A stretch of DNA of 61,064 nucleotides, the filler included, from Bipalium vagum (Eukaryota): the NCBI GenBank assembly GCA_037834085.1. It is 3 parts of 3 records of this genome, joined end to end, with 100 filler letters (N's around TTAATTAATTAA, not from the genome) between each part and the next. Parts side by side here need not be neighbours in the genome. Positions count along the whole stretch, not along the records: positions 22,852 to 39,999 come from JBBMKC010076586.1; 2 more parts are not named here. One strand, 5' to 3'. The position numbers and the translations under genes are program-made. The notes under the pieces were generated by a model that saw only the letters and a list, made by a program, of their open reading frames with translations, ran no database searches and was not told the origin of the DNA. This document shows positions 23,899 through 36,652 of this stretch, one piece after another (positions within the stretch are counted from its first letter, which is position 1; the number at the start of each line of letters is the position of its first letter).

Positions 23899-26800
23899 AT
23901 GACAGAGGTAAATTTTCCAGGTTTGTGTTCAGGTGACTCCTCAGATTGGATATTATGGGTATTTGTGAAAATCATTTTTGATATATATAATTTATTTGAC
24001 TAGTCAACTAAACAAATTTGGGATACATCAAAACCTGACCTTACTCTATGTTTTCAATATACAATCCAAAATTGGATTCCACTATTTTTTATTTGCCTGT
24101 GCTCCATTTTTTATCTACCAATACTGTGGAAAAGAAAAAGAATTAATTACTTGAGAAGAGGAACTTTGAATATTTGGAAATCAGTTATCTTTTAAAATTC
24201 TTAAGAAATAATTTAATTCTACTCAGATTCTAATATCATTTTTGTTTTTCATATACAGTCTAAACCTATGTAAAACTATCAGTGACCAAATCAGTAATCA
24301 ACCTCAACAAATTCCACTATACCTCCAGCCGATTCTTTCAATGATATTTTCGGTATATATTAATTATTGAAATGATTGATTTTTAGATAAAATGACATTT
24401 TTAAGCATTATTATTACTTCGATTTTCTTTTTTTATTTTAAACCTCTAATATCGATAAAGTAGGACAAAAAGATGTCACAAAAATGTCAATTTTCTTTAA
24501 TTCAAATCTTACTGTTAAAAATAAAATGAAAATTTACCTGATAATAGAACAGGAAATAGTTAGATGGCTATTTACAATATCATATTATTTAATACGGAGA
24601 AAAATTTTTTTCATTGTAAAAACTGAATATTTCATTTTTCTTAATTTTTTCCATTTGTTGAAAGTTTTTTATTAATTAAAAACTTAAAAAATAATATCTT
24701 GTAGGTATTCTTGATTTATTTGAATAGACTGACTTTTTCAAAGGGAGTTCATTCATCAGGAATTCTTTTTACATTTTGGACCCTGCAACTAATTGATATT
24801 CTGATTCGGCTCTATTCTCGAAGTGTCAAATTAAATGTTAGATTTTTATTCCTTTGATTCTATTAATTCTAGTACTACCAATNNNNNNNNNNNNNNNNNN
24901 NNNNNNNNNNNNNNNNNNNNNNNNNNNNNNNNNNNNNNNNNNNNNNNNNNNNNNNNNNNNNNNNNNNNNNNNNNNNNNNNNNNNNNNNNNNNNNNNNNNN
25001 NNNNNNNNNNNNNNNNNNNNNNNNNNNNNGTTGTTCTTTCATTTCTTCGTTCCAGACATCAAATCACGACCATTTCCGATTTGTTACAGCCATCGTGGAA
25101 TTCAGTATTGTTTTGGGTTGCTTTTTAGCCAATTGTTTCGCTGATAAGGAAGTCCTTAGACATGTGTTCATATCCAAAAGAACGCAAAAACGAGACGACG
25201 AAAGTCGTCCTCTTTTTTCCAACGATTTTAGCGCTTCTACTACTTCAAAATATCGGGTAAAATATATTTGTGTTGCGATTGATTGATAAATCTGAAATGA
25301 GTTTCCAATAATCAGATCTGTCCACAAAACAAAGCCTCATTCTTGTCGAAGATTACATGCTCATGGCCTGCAGCGTATATTATTGTTTATTTTTTCGTAA
25401 ACGGTAATCAGAAAATGGTTTTACCATATTCTCAATAGATTGATTTATGTCGGTTTTCAAAAACCTCTTCAAATGAAAGATTTGAGTGCCTTGAAAGCCC
25501 AGGACTCTTGTGAAGAAATTGTCCCTAAAATCAATATGGCTTGGAAAAATGAAATGAATCGATTCAATAACATTCAATCGTATATCGATAATTTTTAATG
25601 ATTTAAATTAACTATTGTTAGATCAAACAATCAATTTTGTGGTTCATATCAATCTCTTCCATCGGACAACACAGAAACCCATCCTAAAAAATCCGGAAAA
25701 CCATCGATTGTGCGAGTTTTATTTCGCATTTTTGGCCTTAAATTCTTTTTAATGGGAATTTTCAAGGTTATATACGATCAACTCAATTTCGTGCAAACTA
25801 CAGTTTTGGGGTTTGGTTTTTTCTATAATTACTTTGGATTGACAAATAAATTCATTTTCTGACGGTATATTCTTTTTTAAAAAAATCAAACCAATGTTAA
25901 CCAGATCAAAATAAGGGTAATAAATGATTTATATAATATCCAAAGCTTCGTTGGATCACATAAAAATAACGCCCTCAGTAGTGAATTGCTTAGTTTTTAA
26001 GATTTTCGCTCTGTGATAAAATCGTTTTTTCAATATTTTTTGATAGATTATGTATTTTAATATTAAATTTCATGCAAAATTTAAAAAATATTAATAATTC
26101 GAGAGTCATAAAAGTTTTTGTTTAAAATTAATAATTTAGAATTAATTAATTATTCTAAAATATATTATAATCGTTGAACTGATTAAATAAGAATTTCAAT
26201 ATTTTTTATTTTTAATGCAAAATAACTCAAATATTCCTATCCAATAAAAACGTTATCAGAATTTGTGCATATTTCTAAACTATTTATAAACTTAATACAG
26301 ATAATTGAAAATTTTTTATTAGGTATTTTATGAAATAATAAACCTGGAGCTTATTTTTGGAAAAATTTTTTTCTTAAGAAAATGTTGATTTTGCAAAAAT
26401 GATCCCGGGTTTATTTTCTGGGAAATACGATATTAAAAATTTCGTATTTAATTGACTATTTTAAAAATGCTCAATCTAATAATATCAAGTTATTTATTTC
26501 TATCCTTTCAATGTAATATATTGGGACACTGAACGCTAAAGAACTCTTTTCATGCCTCAATGAACACAATTTTTTAGGCTTGTCTTACAAGTAATACATT
26601 AATTATTTATGTTTTAAAAATTTAGACTCTGTATTTTACGTTCTTCTTTCGGTGTATGAATTTGTACATTACATCGAGTTTAACCTGTATTTGGTAAGTA
26701 TATCTCATTTTCAAAATTTGAATTCGAATAGAGAAAATTTTCTCTTACAATGATAACATGAAACAAGTCTTATTGATTATTTAGCCATAGTTACAGTGTT

Positions 26801-27216
26801 TTATTATTTTTATTTACCAGAATAGAATCTTATTGATAACTATTTCTACTTTTTACTTCAAATCTTTTTGAACAGAAAAAATTTAATAATTTTTAATTTA
26901 ATATTTTCTAACATAAAATCTTAAGTTTACAAAAGTTGAGTAAATATCTTGTTGGATGAATTAAAAACTAAGTCAACAAATTTTTAAGCTTTATGTTTTT
27001 ACATAAATGAAAATCCATGGAAGTTATATTTATTTCAGGTACTTTATAACCTTTATTGGAGACAATGTCGCTTACGACTGGCACGGATTCTTTTATATTG
27101 GTCTTATTTTTTTGGCATCCCTGGCAAGGTCAGTTATTAATCAGCATTTTATTTTCAACTGTTCATGTATTGGGATGAATGCTAGAACTGCTATTATATC
27201 TCTGATATATGAAAAA
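23899..27216 (+). CDS. MRP1/ABCC-type ABC transporter, 5' part only (TMD0, L0, start of TMD1)
   Basis: Exons 23899-23958, 24004-24183, 24227-24352, 24705-24836, (a missing exon probably in N gap 24883-25029, inferred from a phase mismatch), 25090-25256, 25316-25374, 25439-25579, 25622-25810, 27039-27216. Motifs PDLTLCFQYT..WIP, KGVHSSGILF.FW, CPQNKASFLSKIT.SW and GMNARTAIISLIYEK match long-type ABCC1/3. Confidence 0.9.
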
Positions 27217-27605
27217 GTAAGTGATTTTACGAACGTTTATCATTTATTAAAATGTAAAAAAATCTATTTTTAAATTGTACATTAATTAACAAATGAAAAT
27301 TTAATAATATTTAAATATTTTTTAGAAAATATGTTCAATTTTATTATTAAAATCTAATAATTTTTTTTGTATATATTAATTGAAAGTTTATAAAAAAGCC
27401 ATAAAAAAATGACTACTTTTTGGCCACTAGTGTGTTATCAATTGTATTGTGACTATCCGAGATTGTAGAATTTTTAAATTCTTATAATGTGCCCCAATAT
27501 TTAAAATTAACTAAACTTCAATTTTTTATATTTTAAATATTCATTTTATTAAATTTTAAAATGAAATTTTGAAAATGTTTATTTTTGAAAATAAAAAGCC
27601 ATATT

Positions 27606-27830
27606 TTATTGGGTTTCGGAATAATTCATCAGCGTTTTTTAAGTTTAAAATATATTCATAAATTAAACTCTTTCACAAAATATTTTTATGTTAATAGGTA
27701 TATTGATTTTTGTTTTAATAGATAGTATAATTGAATTGAACATATATTTTATTTTTGCTATCATTTTCAACTCATAAAATGGAATGTCAGGTTGATAAAA
27801 TTGAGCATTTCCGATAAATTAAAAGGCAGG
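27606..27830 (+). mobile_element. Mariner 5' end fragment
   Basis: TATTGGGTTTCGGAATAA TIR-like start and MECQVDKIEHFR, a mariner transposase N-terminus. Confidence 0.6.
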
Positions 27831-27899
27831 TAAATAAATACACAGGTTTGCTTTAATAACGGCAGATTTTTGTATGTTTTTGAAAAATTAAATTTTATA

Positions 27900-28290
27900 T
27901 TGGGTAGTCTAAAAAGTTTCCTCCGATTTTGCTAATAGACGGTGAAAATGATCTTTATGTAGTTTGATTGAAATTGATTTTGTTGTAATATATCATTTTA
28001 TAATTTATTATAATCATAGCATTCAAATAAAAAGTAGACATTTTGATTAATTAATAAAATTATATTCATTTTTAGAAATGGATATAAATAAAGAAGAAAT
28101 GCGATACATAATGAAATTTTATTTCTTGAAAGGTAAAATGCTACACAGGTAACTAAAAAGAATAATGCTGTTTATGGAGCGGATACCGTTTCGGATAGAA
28201 CAGTCCAGAATGGTTCGCTAAATTTCGTTCCGGAAATTTTGATGTCAAAGACACATCTTGTTCTGACCGACCAATCTGTGAAAAAGTCAA
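27900..28290 (+). mobile_element. Mariner 5' fragment
   Basis: TIR TTGGGTAGTCTAAAAAGTTTCC; MDINKEEMRYIMKFYFLKGK..AVYGADTVSDRTVQ.WF.KFRSGNFDVKD. Same family as 38484-39197. Confidence 0.8.
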
Positions 28291-28950
28291 GCTCAAAGGT
28301 GTCTCATCTTCCGTGAATATGGTAAATTATAAAAGCATCTCCTAGTTTTTTGTAGATCTCCAAATTTTTCTGACAACACTTGGTCGAAATTGTTGCATAT
28401 CTCCGGAGAGAAATCGTGGCACAAATCATGAACACAGCTTTCTAATGCCAATTTCATGCAGCAACATATGCAACGTATCTTTTGAGATTTTTAGACATTG
28501 TGCAAGGTCTTTTGTTGCAATATAACTGTTTGTAATGATGATTTGCTTCAGGATTTCTTTTTTTCATCTCCAGCTTCAACAGTTATGCCAGACCTCTCCG
28601 AATTAAAAACACTAGTTCGGTCAATTATAATATGTTATTTTACAAGAGCGCTCACTCTTGTAAGCATCGTGATGTTGCTTAATGACTTGATTAATGTTGA
28701 TAAAATTTTAGAAACCATATTGTGTAATACTTAAAGCATGACAAACTTTGGAAATTGTAAACTCGATGAAAGGCAACTCTGGAGAGATTTCAATACAAGG
28801 TTGTTACAGAACCCCCCAAAGTACCAAAATTCAGAAATGGTAAACTTTAAGGCTTTGACTATAAAAACAACAGCAGTAATACCAGACTTTAAAACAAAAC
28901 ATTTAAAAGTAATAAACTGCTTTTATTTTATATAAAATAGGATTTATGAA
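28290..28950 (-). mobile_element. IS630/Tc1-superfamily transposase relic
   Basis: Decayed minus-strand coding-like sequence including ..IIYHIHGR/DETP.., abutting the mariner fragment. Family uncertain. Confidence 0.4.
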
Positions 28951-30189
28951 ATTTCATGTAAGCGTTTAATTGTTTAAATCAGTTAATATAATCATATAAA
29001 GTTGACAAAATTACTCAGATTTATGAAAACCTAGGGAATCTGTACGAAATGTTGATCAAAATTAATTTTTCAGCAGACTGAAGATTCTTGTCATTACTTG
29101 ATTGGAATTAGAAATTTTTAAAACAGCACATCTTACGGTAAGTAGGTTGGGAGAGCAGGATCAATCTATAATGCTGCAAACTACTAGATTTTTTCCAATG
29201 AATTTCTTTTTTAGGATATTTTAAGGCAAAGGTTTGTACAAGAAAGCCAAAGAAAATAAAATATCTGCCAGGATCAATCAAAGAAAGGCAGATAAAATAT
29301 CACCTGAAACAAAAAACATTCTTTAACTCATTTTCATTGTCGAGTACATTATTGCATTAGTGTTAATGGGTGTAGTGTTGAAAATTAAATTTTTTTAATA
29401 AATGTATTTCATTGTTTAGAAATGTAGAGTGCTACCTTAAGTATAGGTAACAATGTTACATTTTCAAATCTGATACGTTCTTGGTTTTACCTATTACCCT
29501 ATAGTAATAATAATATATTCGTATATTTTTCCATGATGTTATAATTATCCTTGATCCTTTATATATTTTTGAATCGGTAAATGCAAAAAGAATGTAGTTT
29601 CGTTTAATTGTTGAAATATTTTATTCATCCTTTATATTATATTATTATTTATCTATTAAACACGAGAATATGAGAAAAGATCATTTTTCGGAAACTAGTA
29701 AAGAAATCTTATATTAGCAATATTAAAGGTATAGATATCCCTTTAAAGAAATAGCAGATTCTGAAATTCTGAAAGGGAAAAGAATTAAAAGAAAAGAACA
29801 ATAATTATTATAAAGAAAGAGATAATTGCTTCTTTACTAAGATAAATATTGGCAATACGTCATTATTTTTGCATATCAATGAATATACTAAAAAGATGGA
29901 AAATTATATCTGTTGTAATCGTTGAATACTTTTAATGTCTTCCAAAGTAATTGTCCAAACATAATGGTCTAATATTGCATCAAGCCAGTGTTAAAATGAG
30001 TTTGAGACACTTCTTTTATGATACAAAAATAATTAGCTAAAAAGCATAAAAATTAAAGACAACATGAACATTAATTTAAATAAATAAGTTTTTTTCACTC
30101 AAAAAACACTTTACAAACGTGTTTTTTAAATTTTTTTTATTTTATTTAAAAATATAAGTTATGGAGTTATTTTAGGATTATGTATGGAA

Positions 30190-30931
30190 AACCACATCAG
30201 TCAAATGGCAACCATTTTGATGGTCACTTATACAGACTCTTTTCAGTGCGCTTTCCATAGTAGTTTGTAAGACTTCAGGTCTCAAATATTGGATATCAGC
30301 GTGAATGTTATTCTTAAGATCACGAACGGTCTTAGGTTTGTTTATGTAAACCTTTTCTTCCAGGTATTATCAAAAAAAGAAATCCGGAGCCGACAAGTCA
30401 AGTGAAATAGCGTATTGCAAGGGCTGAAAAATATCCTGGGTTTTCAAAATTTTGTCCATTTGAATTTTGTAAGGAAACAGTTTTAAATCCAATTGCAAAA
30501 TCTTCTGAAGTGATGTTCTCGATATGCCTATTTGAGAAGAGCGACGACGGGTAGATGCATATGGATCCTGAAGCACAATCTTCTGTACACATCACACGGC
30601 TGCGTCATTATGCACAGCCAGGCAAGGACCTCTATCCGAGAAGATCTGCGATTGATCCAGTATCTTAAAACGAGCGATTAGGTTCCGAATCATGTTTGTG
30701 GTTGGGAAGTTTTTTACATTAAAATATGTCCGATATCTTCTTTGGGTTAAAATAATATACCTATCACTCGAATGGTTTAACTCTATTAGTTTTACTCGGT
30801 GTTGAATAACATATTTGCTTATTTAAATCTTCAAAGGATGGTTAATATTATCTAAACAAAATTTTTAAAATCATTATTATATTCAATTTTAAATCAATTT
30901 TAGATAGATCAATCTTTTAGTGACCACCCTG
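30190..30931 (-). mobile_element. Tc1/mariner (DD37D/DD41D-like) relic
   Basis: STRRRSSQIGISRTSLQKILQLDLKLFPYKIQ and DLSAPDFF motifs; end TA-CAGGGTGGTC on the minus strand. Confidence 0.8.
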
Positions 30932-30956
30932 TATAAGTTTGAGATAAGATCATATT

Positions 30957-31655
30957 ATAAAGGGGGCACAAAAATATTTCTTTTTTACGAGAAAAAGTTT
31001 TTACTATTTTCATTTTTAGTATTTATATATTGAATAAGTATTTTTTAATAAGAATAAATGCCAATAGAAGGTAAATTCAAAGAATAAGACGAAGTGGGTG
31101 TGGTTGGATGGATCGGGTGACTCTTTACAGTTTTATCTGATTACATTTTGCAACTTTCATGGCGAAAATTACTTTGAATTACTCGATTATGGTCAATGTA
31201 TCAGCTGAAAGATACATGGAATTTATCAAAATTTCGTTATGAAATCTAGGAATATGATAATAATAAGGAATACGTGATAAACAAAGAATATGGTGGATGC
31301 AGATAATGCTCCTCCCCATAGATCTCAACGAACTTCTTCCGTCCTCTACAATGCTGGCATTAGATTATTTATACAACCTGCTTACTCACCTGATCACAAT
31401 TTGCTAGATCGCTCCGTTTTCAGAAATTTCGAAACTTATCACGGAAACATAAAATTTGAAAACTTCTTGTAGTCAAAGATATCAGACAATTTGTCAGTAC
31501 ACTGACCACATTATAATGAAAGAAGAATGCATGAAGTTGGTGAAACATATTGTACATTTTATTTAGTGTAACGGCAACTATATTTATTAAGTTTAAATAA
31601 ATGTTTATCATTTTGCTTGATTTATTTATAAAACCTCTCTTTTTCGCCCCCCTAT
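30957..31655 (+). mobile_element. Internally deleted mariner-like element
   Basis: DADNAPPH...QPAYSPDHNLLDR motif; imperfect inverted ends TAAAGGGGCACAAAA / TTTTCGCCCCCTATA. Confidence 0.7.
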
Positions 31656-31879
31656 ATACTATTGAGAAATTACTGGGAAATAATTAAAGTATCACCATTT
31701 GAGACCAGAAACTATTTGGATCAATAAAGATATGTCAAGGTGATATAAATGTCTGTGTATATGATCTAGATAAAAAGCTATCAGTTTAAATTTTTGGAAT
31801 CTCTTATAAAGTTCTTCAACCGATTTTGGACTACAAAGATGTATTCCTGAAAAAATTGTCCAGCTGCTTAAAAAAGTAA

Positions 31880-32360
31880 TCTGAGCTGATATACTTTGGA
31901 TTTTCTAAAAGTTGACTAAGTTTGTAAATTATTATGTAATTATGTGATACCACAGAATAAGTTTGAAGTAATGAAGTATACACTTCTAAAGGTTTTAAAT
32001 ACCAACTTCTAAATCAGTGCATTAGCCTGCTTCATCACTTTTAGAAATTGGTTAAGAATACTTTAGGACATTCAAAATTTTTCAGATGATAGTTTTCCTT
32101 GGGAGTTCACACTATTGAACCATTTATTTTGTCGTTTCACTTTCCACAGAATCTATTTTCCTTAGTCGCTTTTCATTTCATGAATTATTTGAATTTGTAT
32201 TTTTCATAGAGCTTTCTGAAAAACTTGATTATCATTTCCTGCTGTTTACAGTATCCACTTTTCATTGGACGTCACAATAGGGTAGAGAAAAGGAACATTC
32301 TTGTTGGATAAAATGAGTGGAAGCCATTTTGTGTGTATTTTCATATCATTTTGTTTAATA
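31880..32360 (-). mobile_element. Mariner relic
   Basis: Minus frame NKNVPFLYPIVTSNEKWIL (mariner FL.RIVT.DEKWI). Confidence 0.65.
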
Positions 32361-33769
32361 AGCATTTTTATAAGTAGAATGAAATAAATTAATCATAAAA
32401 AATTTTGCTTTGTAAACCTTTTTTATTTGTTATCGAAAAATTATCAGCTTGATAGCTTAGGGTAATAAAGTGGTTAAGAAAATTCAAATTCCGGTTTTGT
32501 TTATTCAACTTAGCTGACCTCAAGTTAAATGAAAAGAGGTAACAGTTCAAACAATAAATATTTAAAGATTAGAATTTGCAGTAAATGTTGAAGGATAATC
32601 ACGCATGAATAAAGAACTAATTTGATAGGAAACAAAATATTGATAAATCTGCAATTTTCATACGGTTATATAAAAAAAAATAATTCAAAGAGAAAGAAAA
32701 TAGTTTCCCATCATTTGAGTGAAAGTGCAAAACCTAATCTTTTAAATAAACCAGATATTTTTTCTTTTAGAAAGAGAGTTTGTGGAAAATTGTCGCAAAT
32801 ACATTTACTTCAATAAATCAAAAAGAAATAATTCATAGATTTATCCAGGATAAAAACTAATGTCTTTTTTAAAGCAACATAATTAACATATTGCCCTATG
32901 TATTTGAGGGATATGTATAGTCGAGGAGAAGAAGAACAACTACGGGAAATGATACCAGCATGAAAGAAAAAGTTGAATGATGAATTCATATAAAAATTCT
33001 TCAATTATCAGAAAGTCAAGCAAATTCCTTCTTTTTTATGAAAATTTTCGAAGACATCTTTTTTTATTTCTCAAAAGATATTGTTAGATTTGGAATTTTG
33101 CATTCAGTATGATCTCAACATGGCCTTATTATAGATCTACCTTATCGGGAAGGCAAAATTTCATTATGGTAAGTTTATTTTCAAAACTTGTTTTCCAGGT
33201 AGATTGATTCTAGAAAGAATGGATTTTATTTAGACAAAATAATTGTTGAGAAATTAAAGGAAATATTCATACTTAACCATGACAAATACTTTATTTTGAT
33301 TGACTTTATGTACTATTTTATAAAATAAATATTAATAATTATTAGAGTTTAGTACTTATTAATTATATAATATTAATGCAGTCATCTAATATTCTGAACA
33401 GATGAGCAAAATATGCCCCCTTAAATTTTATTTAAACTCTGACAGTCGGGTAAACTATGGGGAATCGAATTATGTAATTCTAGAGTTCAGTCAAGATATA
33501 TTACTAAAACATAATTACAGTCTAGTTCGGATATTACCAAAATTTTTCTGACAATAGAGCTTGGACAAAGAATTATATATTATTTAAATCAGTTAATCCG
33601 ACATCGGTTATTACGAATATTTTTGGGGCATATAAAAAAAAGTAGTACATGATGGATATTAGGAATCCTAGTTAATTCCTATATATTTAAAACAAAAAAT
33701 AAACTTTAATTATTCTATTATTTTATTTTTTAAGATTAAAGTAAATTTAGTTTTCATTATTTTTTATTA

Positions 33770-34478
33770 TTGGGTTGGAAACAAAGTTTTCGGACAAAAC
33801 TTATTTATAACAAAAACATTATTATTTAGTATTTATTGACTTATATAAGCTTGCAAATCTATTTATAGATAAGTTGTTTAAATAAATCATATTTCAGCTC
33901 ACATTTCAAATGTCCGATAAATCAAATATAAATTCGCATTTTTTACGAGAACAGGTACGTCTTCTATTATTTTATGATTACAAATCAGGTTTACCAAGAC
34001 AAATAAGTAAAGCCTTTGGTAATGGAACTAATTCTCGGCCTACGGCAAATGAATGGTGTTCAAAATTCCGGAATGAAAAATTCGACCTTCAACGTAAACC
34101 AAGAATTAGTCGACCGTCAATTATCAATGATGACCTTTTATGTTTCTATCGAAAAAATCCACATGTAACATCACGCAGCTTCCTAGTTATTTTACGGTAG
34201 TCATACCATCATTCAATATATTTTGAATGATATTGGGAAAGTCAGCGAACTAAGTGTATGGGTCCCACATCAACTGAAAGACCTGAATCGTCAGAAATTT
34301 CTTTTTATAACTATGGATAAGTAATCTGCCACGTCGTTGGAAGAAAGTTATAGAAAACAATGGTAATTTTATTACTGACTGATATCTACTTTGTTGTTCT
34401 AATTTTTTATTTGATATTCGTCTTATATTCATTTTTTTCTATGAATAAATTTGTCCGAAAACTTTGTTTTCAACCCAA
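33770..34478 (+). mobile_element. Internally deleted mariner (709 bp) with both TIRs
   Basis: TIRs TTGGGTTGGAAACAAAGTTTTCGGACAAA / TTTGTCCGAAAACTTTGTTTTCAACCCAA, TA flanks; HTH N-terminus and WVPHQL motif, DDD domain deleted. Confidence 0.9.
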
Positions 34479-36187
34479 TATTATAAATTTGGTCGAAAAA
34501 TTTCGATCGACTTTTCTTAAATATTCAAATTATTTGGATAAAGTCTAGAGTATAGATAAATTTTATTTTGCCCTCACAAAATTTAATCAAACAACTTTTG
34601 GTCGATATTTTGAAAATAAATACAATTTTAATGAAAAATGTTATTCCTGTTAGGTAATAATATTTTATTTAAGAAAATCGGTTATTAAGCATAGTTGGCA
34701 TACCGTTACTGGAACCTCTTTATAACTACACCCCTCGGGAAAGGCCAAACTGTCGTTATATAGAGGTTTCATTGTATTTTATATTTCATATTTCTTATTA
34801 TTTTATGTGATTTCTATTATATAAAACTTAAAACAATATATAAATATTGTACCGTAACGCAATATCTGAAAAAATTAATTATTTAAAGGTACATGTACCG
34901 ATAACAGTATCAATAACGAAATTTAATTTCGACTGTAATAAAACTTGTAACGTTACACTTTTTTTACTTGTATGCAAACTATGTTATTAAGACTTTTTTG
35001 TGGTAATGATTGTTTCGTAATTTCCGGACTAAAATGTAATAATTTGTTAAGTCTTTAATTCATAATTTCTATAAATACGTATTTAATAATAAATCATAAA
35101 GTTATCCTTTCAAAATAATTTATATTTTTCATATTGCTTAATAATTTAAATACTAGTAAATATCAATAAAAACGGTGACCACAGAGAAGGTCAAAAACAG
35201 CACACCCAAAGTTTAAAAACCAACTTTGGCATTTGTCGGGCTACAAGATATTACTCCAAATTGCAAAACTTTCTTTAGTGGCTTCTATTGTATTTCTCCT
35301 TGATGGAACAGGCACATCATACAATGTCTCAAATGAGTCTCATTGATTTTCAAAGTTTCCATGTTTATCAAATAAATTATAATAACATTAATTATTATAA
35401 CCCTGAAGAGCACAAAATTTACTATAAAACATAATAAAATTGAAATTAATGTGATGTACGATATATCAAATAATTATTAAATAATTGATTACTTCTCTGT
35501 TCTCCTGATAATTATTAGTATTACAATTTTTAAGTCTATTTTTGTTTTAATTTGCGAGTTAATAATAATATTGAATAATAGGAATATTTCCAGAATATAT
35601 ATTTCAAAGATATCGTTAAAACACTTTCGATTTCATTAATTTAACAGAGAAATAAAAATAACCCAGACTGATACGGAAGACGTTTTTCTGTTTCATTATT
35701 AATTAATTTAAAATTGAAGTGTTAATTTTTAAAAAATCAACTAATTTTGCCATTATTAAACTCATTAACGCTAATTGCTTGTTTATATCAAAAATATTAA
35801 AAATATTAATAAATAATTTCTTTCAGAAATATATTTATATATATTAAATATCACAAAAAAGTAACGATAATGAAGAATTATTTTTTTACAAGAATGCTTT
35901 GATTTTTTTCACAAATGTTTTTTTTTCATGAAATATATTAATTGCACATAGAAAATATTTATTAATTTATTCCATAAAAGTATAACAGATTTCCCGAAAA
36001 GGTTTACAAAGTTTACTATGTAATAATCGGCATCACAAAACTATGAATATCACAAGAAAATATCACTGTATAACACAAAACAGATTTCATCTGAGAGCGA
36101 AAAAGTAGAAACCAACTAAAGAGACAGATTTACTATGGTCAAGAATTTTCGATTTTTTTCTTATTTCTGATTTTCTTTTTACATTTT

Positions 36188-36652
36188 TTACACATTTTTA
36201 GAATTGAGATTAAAATAAACGGTGGACTGTCTTTTGTTTTGTTGAGGACTGAAATCATTGTCCAGCTCAATTCCGTCGGAATCGTTCTTCAGACTGTCGC
36301 CGAATTTGGAATTCTTCACGGTTGAATTGTGTTTGACGTATTTTGTCAATGCTTCGCTCGAAAATTCTGTGTTGAGGGGCATTCGATATTTTTGATTGTG
36401 CGACTGGCGATGTCTGCTAATTTTCGTCACAACACAAAGGTAATAAATGAATTTGTCATGATAGACATGGTTCATCCAACAATAAATAATGGGATTATAA
36501 CATGTTGAACTGAATTGCACAAGGACGACGATATTCCATACCAGATTCCCCCATTGAAATTCAGTGGATGATAAAATATGAAGCCAGGTAATATGCCTTG
36601 GAAGCTGTGAAATGGCATATGCTAGAGAAACCATAATCATCATTTTCGTCAT
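36188..36652 (-). CDS. Last coding exon of a rhodopsin-family neuropeptide GPCR (TM6, TM7, helix 8, C-tail)
   Basis: Acceptor TTTTAG before ATGACG. KMMIMV..Y.ISQLP (TM6) and SSTCYNPIIYCWMN (NPxxY) resemble tachykinin/NPY/RYamide-luqin receptor groups. Upstream exons not seen (N gap at 36972-37105). Confidence 0.85.
   Translation of the reverse strand: MTKMMIMVSLAYAISQLPRHITWLHILSSTEFQWGNLVWNIVVLVQFSSTCYNPIIYCWMNHVYHDKFIYYLCVVTKISRHRQSHNQKYRMPLNTEFSSEALTKYVKHNSTVKNSKFGDSLKNDSDGIELDNDFSPQQNKRQSTVYFNLNSKNV

Noticed and set aside
24835-25144. ORFs spanning N runs (also 36908-37167) and the many 60-100 aa ORFs antisense to exons or TEs
   Set aside because: Artefacts of gaps, shadow frames or AT-rich chance ORFs.
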